Assembly: GCA_005777235.1 (NCBI GenBank)
Contig: SXND01000007.1
Location: 5,694-69,693, forward strand
Source of the DNA: Pseudomonadota bacterium
Lineage (GTDB): Bacteria > Tectomicrobia > Entotheonellia > Entotheonellales > Entotheonellaceae
Length of the DNA: 64,000 nt
Reading direction: 5' to 3'
Part shown: in pieces, positions 1 to 8,727 of the stretch
How positions within the stretch are numbered: the stretch's first letter is position 1
Layout of the letters: every line of letters begins with the position of its first letter
Notes under the pieces: model-generated
What the model saw: the letters and a program-made list of their open reading frames with translations, nothing else
Database searches by the model: none
What the model was told of the DNA's origin: nothing
Program-made: the position numbers and the translations under genes

Positions 1-319
1 TCACGGGTGTGAGACGATGCGTGAGCAGGGCAGCAAGTTCGTCAGGCCACGTGGTGCCTAACACCAGAATGGGCGCCGTGATCCCCTCCTGGCGCAGGGT
101 CAGACCTTCCTCGCAGCGTGCCACACCCAGCCAGGTCGCGCCGTGCTGCAACGCCACCCGCGCCAGAGGTGCCACCCCATGGCCATAGGCATTGGCTTTC
201 ACCACAGCCATGAGTTGACAGCCGACAGCAAGGCGTTGACGGACCGCGCGGAGATTGTGCGCAAAGACTCCAAGGTCAATTTCTGCGACGGTTGGCAGCC
301 ACCCAGCAGAAGGTGCCAT
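1..319 (-). CDS. alr: alanine racemase, N-terminal part (gene runs off the window start)
   Basis: Not in the ORF track because it is edge-truncated. Manual minus-strand translation from the ATG at 319 gives MAPSAGWLPTVAEIDLGVFAHNLRAVRQRLAVGCQLMAVVKANAYGHGV..., which contains the PLP-lysine motif VVKANAYGHG. Its ATG overlaps the dnaB stop (ATGA). Confidence 0.85.
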   Translation of the reverse strand, partial: MAPSAGWLPTVAEIDLGVFAHNLRAVRQRLAVGCQLMAVVKANAYGHGVAPLARVALQHGATWLGVARCEEGLTLRQEGITAPILVLGTTWPDELAALLTHRLTPV

Positions 320-1671
320 CACACATGACGCTCCTCACGATTGTCGAAACGCGTGAATTCACCACGAAAGAGCAGTTTTACAGTCCCTGTTGGACCATTG
401 CGCTGTTTCGCAATGTTAATCTCGGCTACGCCTTTTTCCTGGCTGTCCTCGTGGTACACGTCATCACGGTAGATGAGTGCCACGACGTCGGCGTCCTGTT
501 CAATGGCGCCAGATTCGCGCAAATCCGAGAGCTGTGGTTTCGGAGGCTTCCGCTGTTCCACCGCCCGACTCAACTGTGACAAGGCAATGACCGGCACGTT
601 GAGCTCTTTCGCCAGGGCCTTCAAGGAGCGCGTAATCCCAGAAATTTCCTGCTGGCGGCTCTCCGTGCGGCCACGGGTCTCCATCAGCTGGAGATAATCG
701 ACGATGATCAACGACAGGTCACCTAACTCCGCCTGGAGACGACGTGATTTGGCGCGAATATCGAGGGCGGATTGCGCGGGGATATCGTCAATGTAGATCG
801 GCGCTCCGGCCAGGACGGCGGCAGCATCTGTCAGAGTAGACCAGTCACCTTGACCCAAATACCCGGTGCGCAGCTTGGCGGAATCCACCCGAGCTTTGGA
901 ACAGAGGAAGCGCACGACGAGTTGTTCTTTGGACATTTCGAGGCTAAAAATAGCCACTGGGCGCTTGACGAGCACCCCCACATGCTCGGCAATGTTGAGG
1001 CAAAACGCCGTCTTCCCCATGCCAGGGCGTCCAGCAATAATAATCAAGTCAGACGGCTGTAAGCCCGCCGTCTGCCGATCAAAATCCGTGAAACCCGTCG
1101 GCAGCCCTGTGACGAGTTCCTTACGCTCCGAAAGTTGTTCGAGACGCTTAAAACTGCCTTTGAGAATGGCATTAATATGCACAAAACCGACCGTGGTTTT
1201 GCGCTGGCCGATCTGCAAGATAGCCTGCTCGGCCCGATCCACCAGCGTATCCGCGTCTTCGGCGTCTTCATAACTGTCCGTAATAATCGTGGTGCCCGTG
1301 TGAATCAAAGCCCGCAAGATCGCTTTTTCCCGTACGATCTGCGCATGATGGAGGACATGCGCCGCTGTGGGCACCGCATTGACTAACTCGGCCAGATAGG
1401 GCGGCCCACCAGATGACTCATAGCGCCCTTTCCGGCGCAACCGGTCACCCACCGTCAGGAGATCAATGGGTGCGTTGGCCTGGAACAGATCAATCATCGC
1501 CTGAAAGATCCAGCGGTGTGCCTCTTGGTAAAAATCGCGCTCTTGCAAGAGGTCCAACACGCGCACTAGCGCTTGATTATCTTGCAAAATCGCCCCAAGG
1601 ACACTCTGTTCCATCTCCACGCTTTGCGGCGGGAGCTTGCGAAGCACGTCGAGCTGCCCATTGAATGCCAT
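319..1671 (-). CDS. dnaB: replicative DNA helicase DnaB
   Basis: 450-aa ORF. It has the N-terminal DnaB signature PPQSVEMEQSVLGAIL, Walker A GRPGMGKTAF and Walker B LIIVDYLQLM. It follows rplI, as in many bacteria. Confidence 0.95.
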   Translation of the reverse strand: MAFNGQLDVLRKLPPQSVEMEQSVLGAILQDNQALVRVLDLLQERDFYQEAHRWIFQAMIDLFQANAPIDLLTVGDRLRRKGRYESSGGPPYLAELVNAVPTAAHVLHHAQIVREKAILRALIHTGTTIITDSYEDAEDADTLVDRAEQAILQIGQRKTTVGFVHINAILKGSFKRLEQLSERKELVTGLPTGFTDFDRQTAGLQPSDLIIIAGRPGMGKTAFCLNIAEHVGVLVKRPVAIFSLEMSKEQLVVRFLCSKARVDSAKLRTGYLGQGDWSTLTDAAAVLAGAPIYIDDIPAQSALDIRAKSRRLQAELGDLSLIIVDYLQLMETRGRTESRQQEISGITRSLKALAKELNVPVIALSQLSRAVEQRKPPKPQLSDLRESGAIEQDADVVALIYRDDVYHEDSQEKGVAEINIAKQRNGPTGTVKLLFRGEFTRFDNREERHV

Positions 1672-1686
1672 GGCGCTACCTCCGAC

Positions 1687-2130
1687 TTATTCGGCAGTCA
1701 CGCTCACCTTGAGCAGCGCCGACGTGGCCGCCGGTAAACGGACGGGCACCGTAAATTCGCCCACGCTCTTGATCGGTTGGTCGAGCTGGATGGCACGACG
1801 ATCGACCTCGAAGCCGGCGGCTTTGAGGGCATCGGCAATGTCCATGTTTGTCACCGAGCCGAAGAGTCTGCCGTCATCCCCAGCCTTGCGGGCAAAACGG
1901 TATGCCCCGGCTTGCAGTTGCCCAGCGAGCGCTTGGGCATCCTTACGGGCGCGGACAATGCGGTGCTCCCGCAGGCGTTGTTCATGTTCCATCTCACGCT
2001 TATTCTTGGCCGTAGCAGCGACGGCGAGACCGCGGGGGATGAGGAAATTGCGGCCATAGCCATCAGCCACGTCGACAATGTCTCCTACATCACCGACATG
2101 TTCAACATCGCGCATTAAAATGATTTTCAT
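1687..2130 (-). CDS. rplI: 50S ribosomal protein L9
   Basis: MKIILMRDVEHVGDVGDIVDVADGYGRNFLIPRGLA is a typical L9 N-terminus. I used the internal ATG at 2130, which is preceded by AAGGAGAG. The track ORF extends to 2202. Confidence 0.9.
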   Translation of the reverse strand: MKIILMRDVEHVGDVGDIVDVADGYGRNFLIPRGLAVAATAKNKREMEHEQRLREHRIVRARKDAQALAGQLQAGAYRFARKAGDDGRLFGSVTNMDIADALKAAGFEVDRRAIQLDQPIKSVGEFTVPVRLPAATSALLKVSVTAE

Positions 2131-2156
2131 CACGCCTCTCCTTTCCAACTGCTCGC

Positions 2157-3152
2157 TTAGGGCAGCATGGAATGCCGCCGCTGCCGGCGAAAATCCACCC
2201 ACAGATCAAAGAGACCAGCGGCGGTGCAAATGATAACACAGAAAGGGCCCGCGACTAGGAAGAGCAACGCGAGCAGAAAACACTGTACGCCGAGGGGCAC
2301 GGGCAGCCGTCGGCCCCAAAAGAGTACAATCGCCACGCCCTGTAAGAAATACAGCGCCAGGGTGATGAGCAAGAGATTTACGCCAATCGTTCCAACAACA
2401 TCCGAAGGCACGAAGAGCGACGCACCACTCGCGAGAAACACCCATACCAGATATTCCGACGCTTTCCAGCCGGCCAAGTCGTCGGGCGGCAGTGCCAGGG
2501 GTGGTTGACTGCGCTGGCAATAGCGTCGTGCCAGGAGGTAGTTGAGGAGATTGAGGCACAAGTGGCCGATCACAATCAGCGCTGGCAGTACAATCAATAA
2601 TAATTGTGGCAACGCCTCAATGAGGACTGCCCATTGCTCCGCGTCACCTTCCTGGAACTGTTCGAGGGTCCGTACATACTCCTGCGAGGCATCCACGATT
2701 TTCTGCACGTAACGCATCACGAGTGCGTCGAGTGGGAGCTGCATGAGGAGACTATACGCCACCGCCACGAGCATTCCCACCACACACGGCACCGCAATAC
2801 TACAGAGCAACGTCTGGGAGATCGACCAACGGCGTCGGGTAGCCCAGGAGATCCCCCAGGCTATCAGCGCGCATTGACCGAGAAACACCAGCGGCTGTAG
2901 ACGTCCATCCAGGAGGATCACGCCGCTTTCGAGGCCCAGCACACTCACGACATACTGCCAGGGATACTTGCTGGCGAGCACAATGAACGGAAACGGCGCG
3001 AGCGCTGTCAACAAGCCTCCGCCCAGAGGAACAAAGATCGGCAGGAGTGTCAACACCCCAGACAGCAGTGCGAGATACAATACCTCGGCATGGCCCACGA
3101 CAACTTTCATGATCCACTCTGGCGGTACATCCCTGCCGGGCACCGCACCCAA
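2157..3152 (-). CDS. polytopic membrane protein, DUF2232/YybS-like (tentative)
   Basis: 331-aa ORF that is hydrophobic throughout, with many predicted TM helices. It sits between rpsR and rplI, the position occupied by yybS in other lineages. The start is uncertain; an alternative is the ATG at 3110. Confidence 0.55.
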   Translation of the reverse strand: MGAVPGRDVPPEWIMKVVVGHAEVLYLALLSGVLTLLPIFVPLGGGLLTALAPFPFIVLASKYPWQYVVSVLGLESGVILLDGRLQPLVFLGQCALIAWGISWATRRRWSISQTLLCSIAVPCVVGMLVAVAYSLLMQLPLDALVMRYVQKIVDASQEYVRTLEQFQEGDAEQWAVLIEALPQLLLIVLPALIVIGHLCLNLLNYLLARRYCQRSQPPLALPPDDLAGWKASEYLVWVFLASGASLFVPSDVVGTIGVNLLLITLALYFLQGVAIVLFWGRRLPVPLGVQCFLLALLFLVAGPFCVIICTAAGLFDLWVDFRRQRRHSMLP

Positions 3153-3155
3153 GGG

Positions 3156-3416
3156 TCATTCAACGGTAAACGGCATCAAGGCGAGGTGTCGGGACCGTTT
3201 GATCGCCGTGGTGAGCTGGCGTTGGTGCCCAGCACAGTTCCCTGAGATACGACGCGGGATAATTTTTCCACGCTCCGTGATGAGGTTCCGGAGACGCCGG
3301 ACATCTTTATAGTCGATCAGCGTCAGTTTATCGGCGCAAAATCGACAAATTTTCTTGCGCAAAAAGCGCCGGCGTTTGCGAGCCGCCGCTTTCTTTTTCG
3401 AGGACATCATCGCCAT
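3156..3416 (-). CDS. rpsR: 30S ribosomal protein S18
   Basis: The sequence [59 protein letters not shown] is a canonical S18 core. Confidence 0.95.
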   Translation of the reverse strand: MAMMSSKKKAAARKRRRFLRKKICRFCADKLTLIDYKDVRRLRNLITERGKIIPRRISGNCAGHQRQLTTAIKRSRHLALMPFTVE

Positions 3417-3442
3417 ATGTGCTTTCCTCTGTGCCCCAAAGT

Positions 3443-3952
3443 CTAAAAAGGAATATCATCATCTTCAAATGCTGGAGGAAGATCCATGTCGCTGCCGGCC
3501 CGTGCTGGCCCTGGACGTGAGCGTTCCATGCCTGGGCCTGGGTTCGAGCGCCCCATGCCGGCACCTGAGGCCGGACGTTCCGTACCGGTGCCGGGACTCA
3601 TGCGCTCCATGCCATCCTCACGCCCGCGTGACAGAAATTGAACCCGTTCGCCAAGGATCTCGTGTTTGCTGCGTTTCTGGCCATCCTGGCCCTCCCAACT
3701 GCGCCACTGCAAACGGCCTTCAATAAGCACCTGACGCCCCTTGCTGAGGTATTCACTCGCGACTTCGGCCTGCCGACCGAAGACCACGACATCAACAAAG
3801 CACACTTCCTCTTTGCGCTCTTCACCTTGTCCGGGGCGTTGGGTATTCACCGCCAGACCAAAGGTCGTCACGGGAGTGCCGTTTGGGGCATAGCGTAGTT
3901 CAGGATCACGGGTCAAATTACCCATCAAAATTACTTTATTGAGGCTTGCCAT
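3443..3952 (-). CDS. ssb: single-stranded DNA-binding protein
   Basis: The OB-fold N-terminus is [22 protein letters not shown] Gly/Pro/Met-rich linker follows, and the acidic C-terminal tip is DDDIPF. Confidence 0.95.
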   Translation of the reverse strand: MASLNKVILMGNLTRDPELRYAPNGTPVTTFGLAVNTQRPGQGEERKEEVCFVDVVVFGRQAEVASEYLSKGRQVLIEGRLQWRSWEGQDGQKRSKHEILGERVQFLSRGREDGMERMSPGTGTERPASGAGMGRSNPGPGMERSRPGPARAGSDMDLPPAFEDDDIPF

Positions 3953-3988
3953 CTGAAGAGCCTCCTCACCGCAGACAAGTCGCGATGC

Positions 3989-4516
3989 TTAGTCGTTATC
4001 GTCATCGTTATCGTCAAGACCGCCGTCACCACCAAAACGTGGACCATCACCGTGCATCGGACCATCGTCCGACATGCCCCGCCGTGGGTAACGGCCTTCC
4101 CCACGGCCCTGGAATCCTCCGTCGCCGCGGAAATCCCCACGACGTCCACTCCGGCGCCGGTCATCACGGTCGTCGTCACGGCCATCATCGTCCGGCACAC
4201 GCGTGAAGCCCGTGAGATGCTCTTCTTTCTCAAAACGTACGGTGAGATACCGCAGGACACGCTCATTGAGCCGATACATGCGTTCGAGTTCGAGGAGGGG
4301 CTCGGGAGTCGTCCGAAAATGGATCAGCGTATAGTAACCGTAGCGCTGTTTCCGTATCACGTAGGCCAGCCGGCGTTTGCCACCACGGTCGACACGAATA
4401 ATTTCTACGCCTTTGCCTTCAAGGAGTTGGACCGTGTTTTGGATACCAGCCTCGGCCTCTTCATCGGTCATCTCTGGGTGTAAGACGAACACCGTTTCGT
4501 ACAAATTCTTGATCAC
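3989..4516 (-). CDS. rpsF: 30S ribosomal protein S6 with a long D/R/G-rich C-terminal tail
   Basis: The S6 core reads YETVFVLHPEMTDEEAE...RRLAYVIRKQRYGYYTLIHF. It uses a GTG start preceded by AAGGAG. The rpsF-ssb-rpsR order is conserved. Confidence 0.9.
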   Translation of the reverse strand: MIKNLYETVFVLHPEMTDEEAEAGIQNTVQLLEGKGVEIIRVDRGGKRRLAYVIRKQRYGYYTLIHFRTTPEPLLELERMYRLNERVLRYLTVRFEKEEHLTGFTRVPDDDGRDDDRDDRRRSGRRGDFRGDGGFQGRGEGRYPRRGMSDDGPMHGDGPRFGGDGGLDDNDDDND

Positions 4517-4595
4517 GTTGCTACAAGCTCCTTATGGATTCTAGCCCGCCAAGCGAGCAAGGAGAGCACCCTAGACGCCGCGGACGCCACGTGCG

Positions 4596-5129
4596 TTAGC
4601 GCGGTGCCTCTATGAGGGCTATCACGTGGGTGACAGCCTGCGCGATCATCCGGTCGCGCACGTCGGCCTCCTGGGCCGGAAACGGGGCCAGGACATACTC
4701 CACCACTTCATCTTTGTGCGTGGGCTTCCCCACACCGAGACGAATACGCACGAAGACATTGTCCTGCAGGCACGCAATAATGGAGCGGATGCCAAGATGC
4801 CCAGCATCCCCCCCCTGGTATTTGAGCTTGGTTGTCCCTACGGGGAGGTCAATATCGTCATGCACGACGATCAGCAGCTCTCCCTGGCGTCGATGTCGCC
4901 GCACTAACGGCGCGACACTGCGGCCACTGGCATTCATGTACGTTTGCGGTTTCACGCAGAGGACCGCATGGTCACCAATACGCCCGGTCCCACACAACGC
5001 CTCGGCCTCCCGCTGCCGCATGGGAATATGACAGCGCTCTCCTAGGGCGTCAAGGACGTCGAACCCCAGGTTGTGACGGGTATGGCGATAGCGCTGCCCA
5101 GGGTTACCTAACCCGACAATCATGTCCAC
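4596..5129 (-). CDS. pth: peptidyl-tRNA hydrolase
   Basis: The N-terminus IVGLGNPGQRYRHTRHNLGF is the classical Pth signature. Confidence 0.9.
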   Translation of the reverse strand: MDMIVGLGNPGQRYRHTRHNLGFDVLDALGERCHIPMRQREAEALCGTGRIGDHAVLCVKPQTYMNASGRSVAPLVRRHRRQGELLIVVHDDIDLPVGTTKLKYQGGDAGHLGIRSIIACLQDNVFVRIRLGVGKPTHKDEVVEYVLAPFPAQEADVRDRMIAQAVTHVIALIEAPR

Positions 5130-5171
5130 AGAAGCCTCATAGTGACGCTGGCCCTCGGTCTGAGGCGCTGC

Positions 5172-5774
5172 TTAGGCGCTCGCTTCTGCTGTCGCACTGG
5201 CCGCGGCCGCGGCGTCAATATGCGCGGCGACCAGCGCTTCTTCGGCATCTGTCACTAACGTCGCGCCTGCCGGGAGCACCAGTGACCCAGCTTTCAGCAT
5301 GCTACCAGGCTGGATATCCGACAGATCAACGGCAAGCTCATCAGGAATATCGCCTGGCAAGCATGCCAGCTCGACCTCACGCCGGAGATATGTCAGCGAG
5401 GCCTTCAGACTCTGCAGACGGCTGATAGGCTCATTGATAAAGAGCAGCGGAATGGAGACCAAGAGCGTCTTTTGCATATCCACCCGGTAGAAATCCGCAT
5501 GGATGATCCGGCGCGAAATCGCGTGGATCTGCACCTCGCGCAGAATGGCCTGACAGCTTTCCGGCCTGTCGCCGTCTATGAGCACATCGAGAATCGTGTT
5601 GTCACCGGACTCAGACTGCTGAATGGTGAGGAGATCTTTCTCGACCACCGCAATGGGCACCGCCGTCCCGTTGCCATACACCACCGCTGGCAACTGACCG
5701 GCACGGCGGAGCTGACGGGATATGCCCTTTCCGGCCCGGTCGCGCCGTTGCACGACAAGCTTCACACTCTCCAT
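5172..5774 (-). CDS. rplY: 50S ribosomal protein L25 / general stress protein Ctc
   Basis: 200-aa ORF containing RRAGQLPAVVYG. It has the long Ctc-type form with an Ala-rich C-terminal tail and lies upstream of pth. Confidence 0.9.
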   Translation of the reverse strand: MESVKLVVQRRDRAGKGISRQLRRAGQLPAVVYGNGTAVPIAVVEKDLLTIQQSESGDNTILDVLIDGDRPESCQAILREVQIHAISRRIIHADFYRVDMQKTLLVSIPLLFINEPISRLQSLKASLTYLRREVELACLPGDIPDELAVDLSDIQPGSMLKAGSLVLPAGATLVTDAEEALVAAHIDAAAAASATAEASA

Positions 5775-5793
5775 ACTGCGCTCCTCATTTTCC

Positions 5794-6738
5794 CTAATCG
5801 AACAGTGAGCTCACTGAATCGTCACAGTGGATCCGTTTGATGGCTTCCCCCAGCAGTGGGGCGACCGACAAGACGGTAATGCGCTCCCAGGCCTGCGCCT
5901 TTGCGCCGAGAGGAATCGTATCCGTAATCACCAACTCTTCCAGATCGGATGCCGCTAAACGTTGCATCGCCGGCCCAGACAGGACGCCATGCGTTGCACC
6001 GGCATACACCCGACGTGCCCCCGCCTGGCGGAGTGCCGTGGCGGCTTCAAGCAGGGTACCCGCGGTATCGACCATATCGTCCACCACGAGGACATCGCGA
6101 TCGTCCACATCGCCCAGAATGTGCATGACTTTGGCGACGTTTTTCTTCTCCCGATCCCGGCGTTTATCAATGATACCGAGCGACACATCCAAGCGCTTGG
6201 CGAAGGCCCCAGCCCGCTCCACCCCACCCGCATCCGGCGAGATCACACTCAAGTTACGATAGGAACGACGCTGAAAGTAGTCAGTTAAGACAGGAGCCGC
6301 AAAGAGGTGGTCTACCGGGATATTGAAATAGCCTTGCAGTTGTCCGGCGTGCAAATCGAGCGTCAACACCCGATTCACCCCTGCCGCGGTAATCAAGTCA
6401 GCCACGAGTTTCGCCGTGATCGGCACGCGTGGCTTGTCCTTCCGATCCTGCCGCCCATACCCAAAATAGGGTAACACCGCGGTAATCCGCGCTGCTGAGG
6501 CCCGGCGACAGGCGTCGGTCATGATCAGCAACTCCATGAGGTGCTGATTCACGGGATGGCAGGTGGATTGGACTAAAAACACATCTTTGCCACGGACGTT
6601 CTCACGAATCTGGACAAAAATCTCCCCGTCACTAAAGTCGGAGACATCAATGCACCCCAGCCCAATGTCTAGATACTTGCAGATCCCCTGGGCTAGTTGA
6701 GGATTCGCACGCCCTGTGAAGAGTCGCAAGTCCCTCAT
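5794..6738 (-). CDS. prs: ribose-phosphate pyrophosphokinase
   Basis: Contains DLHAGQLQGYF and the PRPP-binding loop VVDDMVDTAGTL. Length is 314 aa. Confidence 0.95.
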   Translation of the reverse strand: MRDLRLFTGRANPQLAQGICKYLDIGLGCIDVSDFSDGEIFVQIRENVRGKDVFLVQSTCHPVNQHLMELLIMTDACRRASAARITAVLPYFGYGRQDRKDKPRVPITAKLVADLITAAGVNRVLTLDLHAGQLQGYFNIPVDHLFAAPVLTDYFQRRSYRNLSVISPDAGGVERAGAFAKRLDVSLGIIDKRRDREKKNVAKVMHILGDVDDRDVLVVDDMVDTAGTLLEAATALRQAGARRVYAGATHGVLSGPAMQRLAASDLEELVITDTIPLGAKAQAWERITVLSVAPLLGEAIKRIHCDDSVSSLFD

Positions 6739-6823
6739 GATTCACTACCTTACATGCTTGAAGCTGTTGATGTCTCTGAAGCCACCATATTGGGACAGCA
6801 AGGCTGGGAAGAGCGATACAGAG

Positions 6824-6895
6824 CTGGGGCGGGAGGATTCGAACCTCCGAATGCAGGTTCCAAAGACCTGTGTCTTACCGCTTGACGACGCCCCA
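6824..6895 (-). tRNA. tRNA-Gln (anticodon UUG); CCA not encoded
   Basis: The minus-strand sequence is TGGGGCGTCGTCAAGCGGTAAGACACAGGTCTTTGGAACCTGCATTCGGAGGTTCGAATCCTCCCGCCCCAG. It folds as a cloverleaf with a 7-bp acceptor stem, anticodon loop CUUUGGA and T-loop TTCGAAT. Confidence 0.9.
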
Positions 6896-6984
6896 GTGAC
6901 GACCATAGCGTAGGAAGCACTGAGAAGGCAGTTGCTCAATGCCTGACTCGTGGCACGCACGACTCCCCACAAGGACAGCATCGC

Positions 6985-7860
6985 TCAGACTGGTTCTGTG
7001 GGAGGGGACTGCCAGGAGCGACATACCCATACACCCCACCCTCTCGGTTGTATTGCTGCAGCCACCTCATGGGCGATGTCCTCCGACCGACAGAGCGCAT
7101 ACACGGTCGGTCCGCTCCCCGACATACAGACACCGTATACCCCCGGCTGCCTCAACGCCTGTTTCACGTCTTGTACGACAGGGAAGTGCCTTAGAACAAC
7201 AGCTTCGAGATCGTTAAAGCATGTCGCTCCTAGACCCTCAATATCTCCAGATTCAAGGCATTGTTTGAGGATGGTAGTATCCTTCGGTGGCGCTGTCAAC
7301 TCAAATCTCAGCCGCTGGTACACCCACGCGGTGGACACCGCAATCGGCGGTTTGACGAGCACAAGGGCCAAGGAGCGCGGGCACGCTACATGCGCTAGCT
7401 CGTCTCCACGGCCATACCCCATCGCCGCCACTGTCGGCGAGAGAAACAGTGGGACGTCCGCTCCCAGGCGTGCAGCATAGGGGTGTAAGGCGGGCTCCGA
7501 GAGCCTTAAGTGCCACAACGTATTGAGACCAAGGAGGGTGGCTGCCGCATCACTACTCCCTCCACCCAGGCCCGCGGCCACTGGGATGTGTTTGTGCAGC
7601 GTAATCTGGACCCCTTGCGTCGGGGCCAGTGGTTGCAACGCCGCGGCGGCGCGATAGGCCAGATTCCGCGCATCGTTGGGCACCTCCGGATGTGCCCCGT
7701 CGACGCTAATGGCATGGGGCTGGGCGGTGAGGCACACGGTGTCTGCCAGCGAGACTTTGAGAAAGAGCGTGGCAATGTCATGATAGCCATCGGCACGACG
7801 GCCATGGACCGCTAAGCCAAGATTGATTTTGGCTGGAGCCTGTCGCGTGAGTACCGTCAT
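6985..7860 (-). CDS. ispE: 4-diphosphocytidyl-2-C-methyl-D-erythritol kinase
   Basis: Contains PAKINLGLAVHGRRADGYHDI and the GHMP kinase loop PVAAGLGGGSSDAAA. The ispE-prs synteny is classical. Confidence 0.9.
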   Translation of the reverse strand: MTVLTRQAPAKINLGLAVHGRRADGYHDIATLFLKVSLADTVCLTAQPHAISVDGAHPEVPNDARNLAYRAAAALQPLAPTQGVQITLHKHIPVAAGLGGGSSDAAATLLGLNTLWHLRLSEPALHPYAARLGADVPLFLSPTVAAMGYGRGDELAHVACPRSLALVLVKPPIAVSTAWVYQRLRFELTAPPKDTTILKQCLESGDIEGLGATCFNDLEAVVLRHFPVVQDVKQALRQPGVYGVCMSGSGPTVYALCRSEDIAHEVAAAIQPRGWGVWVCRSWQSPPTEPV

Positions 7861-7866
7861 ACGCCT

Positions 7867-8727
7867 TCACCAGATCCGGGGGAGTCGGTCCGCTTCGGGT
7901 TCGAGCAGGCTCTCTACCTCGACCTGCGTCGTCCCAGCCGGTACACGCATGTGAAACAGCGCCGGAAGCACCTGACCGTTGAGTTCGACCTCGCGATATT
8001 CCCAGACAACCTGCCGCCCGACGATCGGCTGCACGAGGGTAATACGATACGGCACTCGGAATCCTTGGACACGCCGGAAATCCTCGTACCATATCTGCAG
8101 CAGAAGCCGGCCTTCGATGTCATCGGCCTCAAAGCGGATAGGATGCAAGTCATAGGGCTCAAACCACATCCGATACGTGAGCGGTTGACCCGGCACCTGG
8201 CCTTGCCAGAAATAGAGATTCTCACGCTGCTGATAGGCAAACGTCCCGACTGTCGGAAAGGCGCGCAGCGGGATATCGCCAGCCAACACATACTGTAATG
8301 CGCATGGGGTCATGGCAATGCCAAAGAGGCGGGTCATATTTTCGGCAGACGCCTCCCCACTCAGGAGACGCCGCTCTTGTGGCGCGTAGAGCGCTAAGCG
8401 CTGCGTGTCAGCAATAAGTAAAAACAGCGGCTGGTTGAGCGGCCCTAAACCCTCCAGGCGCAGGGACTCAAAGCGTTGCAGCACGATCACGGCTTCTTCC
8501 AGGGTGGCGTCTCGTGTAGACACTTGCAACCGTGCCCGTGCCAAGCCGCGCAAGTTGTCCAAGGCCTGACGACGCGTCTGGAGGTGCTCCCAGACAGGCG
8601 CGACGCTGGTGAGTGGGCTCGGCGGCGGCGGCAAACTGGCCCACGGGTTGATGGGCAGGCTCTGGCAGCCCGTGAGGCACAGGAGGAGGACACTCCAGCT
8701 AAGGACGCTGCGGCTCAGGCGCACCAT
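7867..8727 (-). CDS. outer-membrane lipoprotein, LolB-like/DUF4292-like (tentative)
   Basis: It has a signal peptide with the lipobox LLLCLTGCQS. Its position directly upstream of ispE matches lolB-ispE-prs synteny. The start is taken at the internal ATG 8727; the track ORF extends to 8757. Confidence 0.5.
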   Translation of the reverse strand: MVRLSRSVLSWSVLLLCLTGCQSLPINPWASLPPPPSPLTSVAPVWEHLQTRRQALDNLRGLARARLQVSTRDATLEEAVIVLQRFESLRLEGLGPLNQPLFLLIADTQRLALYAPQERRLLSGEASAENMTRLFGIAMTPCALQYVLAGDIPLRAFPTVGTFAYQQRENLYFWQGQVPGQPLTYRMWFEPYDLHPIRFEADDIEGRLLLQIWYEDFRRVQGFRVPYRITLVQPIVGRQVVWEYREVELNGQVLPALFHMRVPAGTTQVEVESLLEPEADRLPRIW

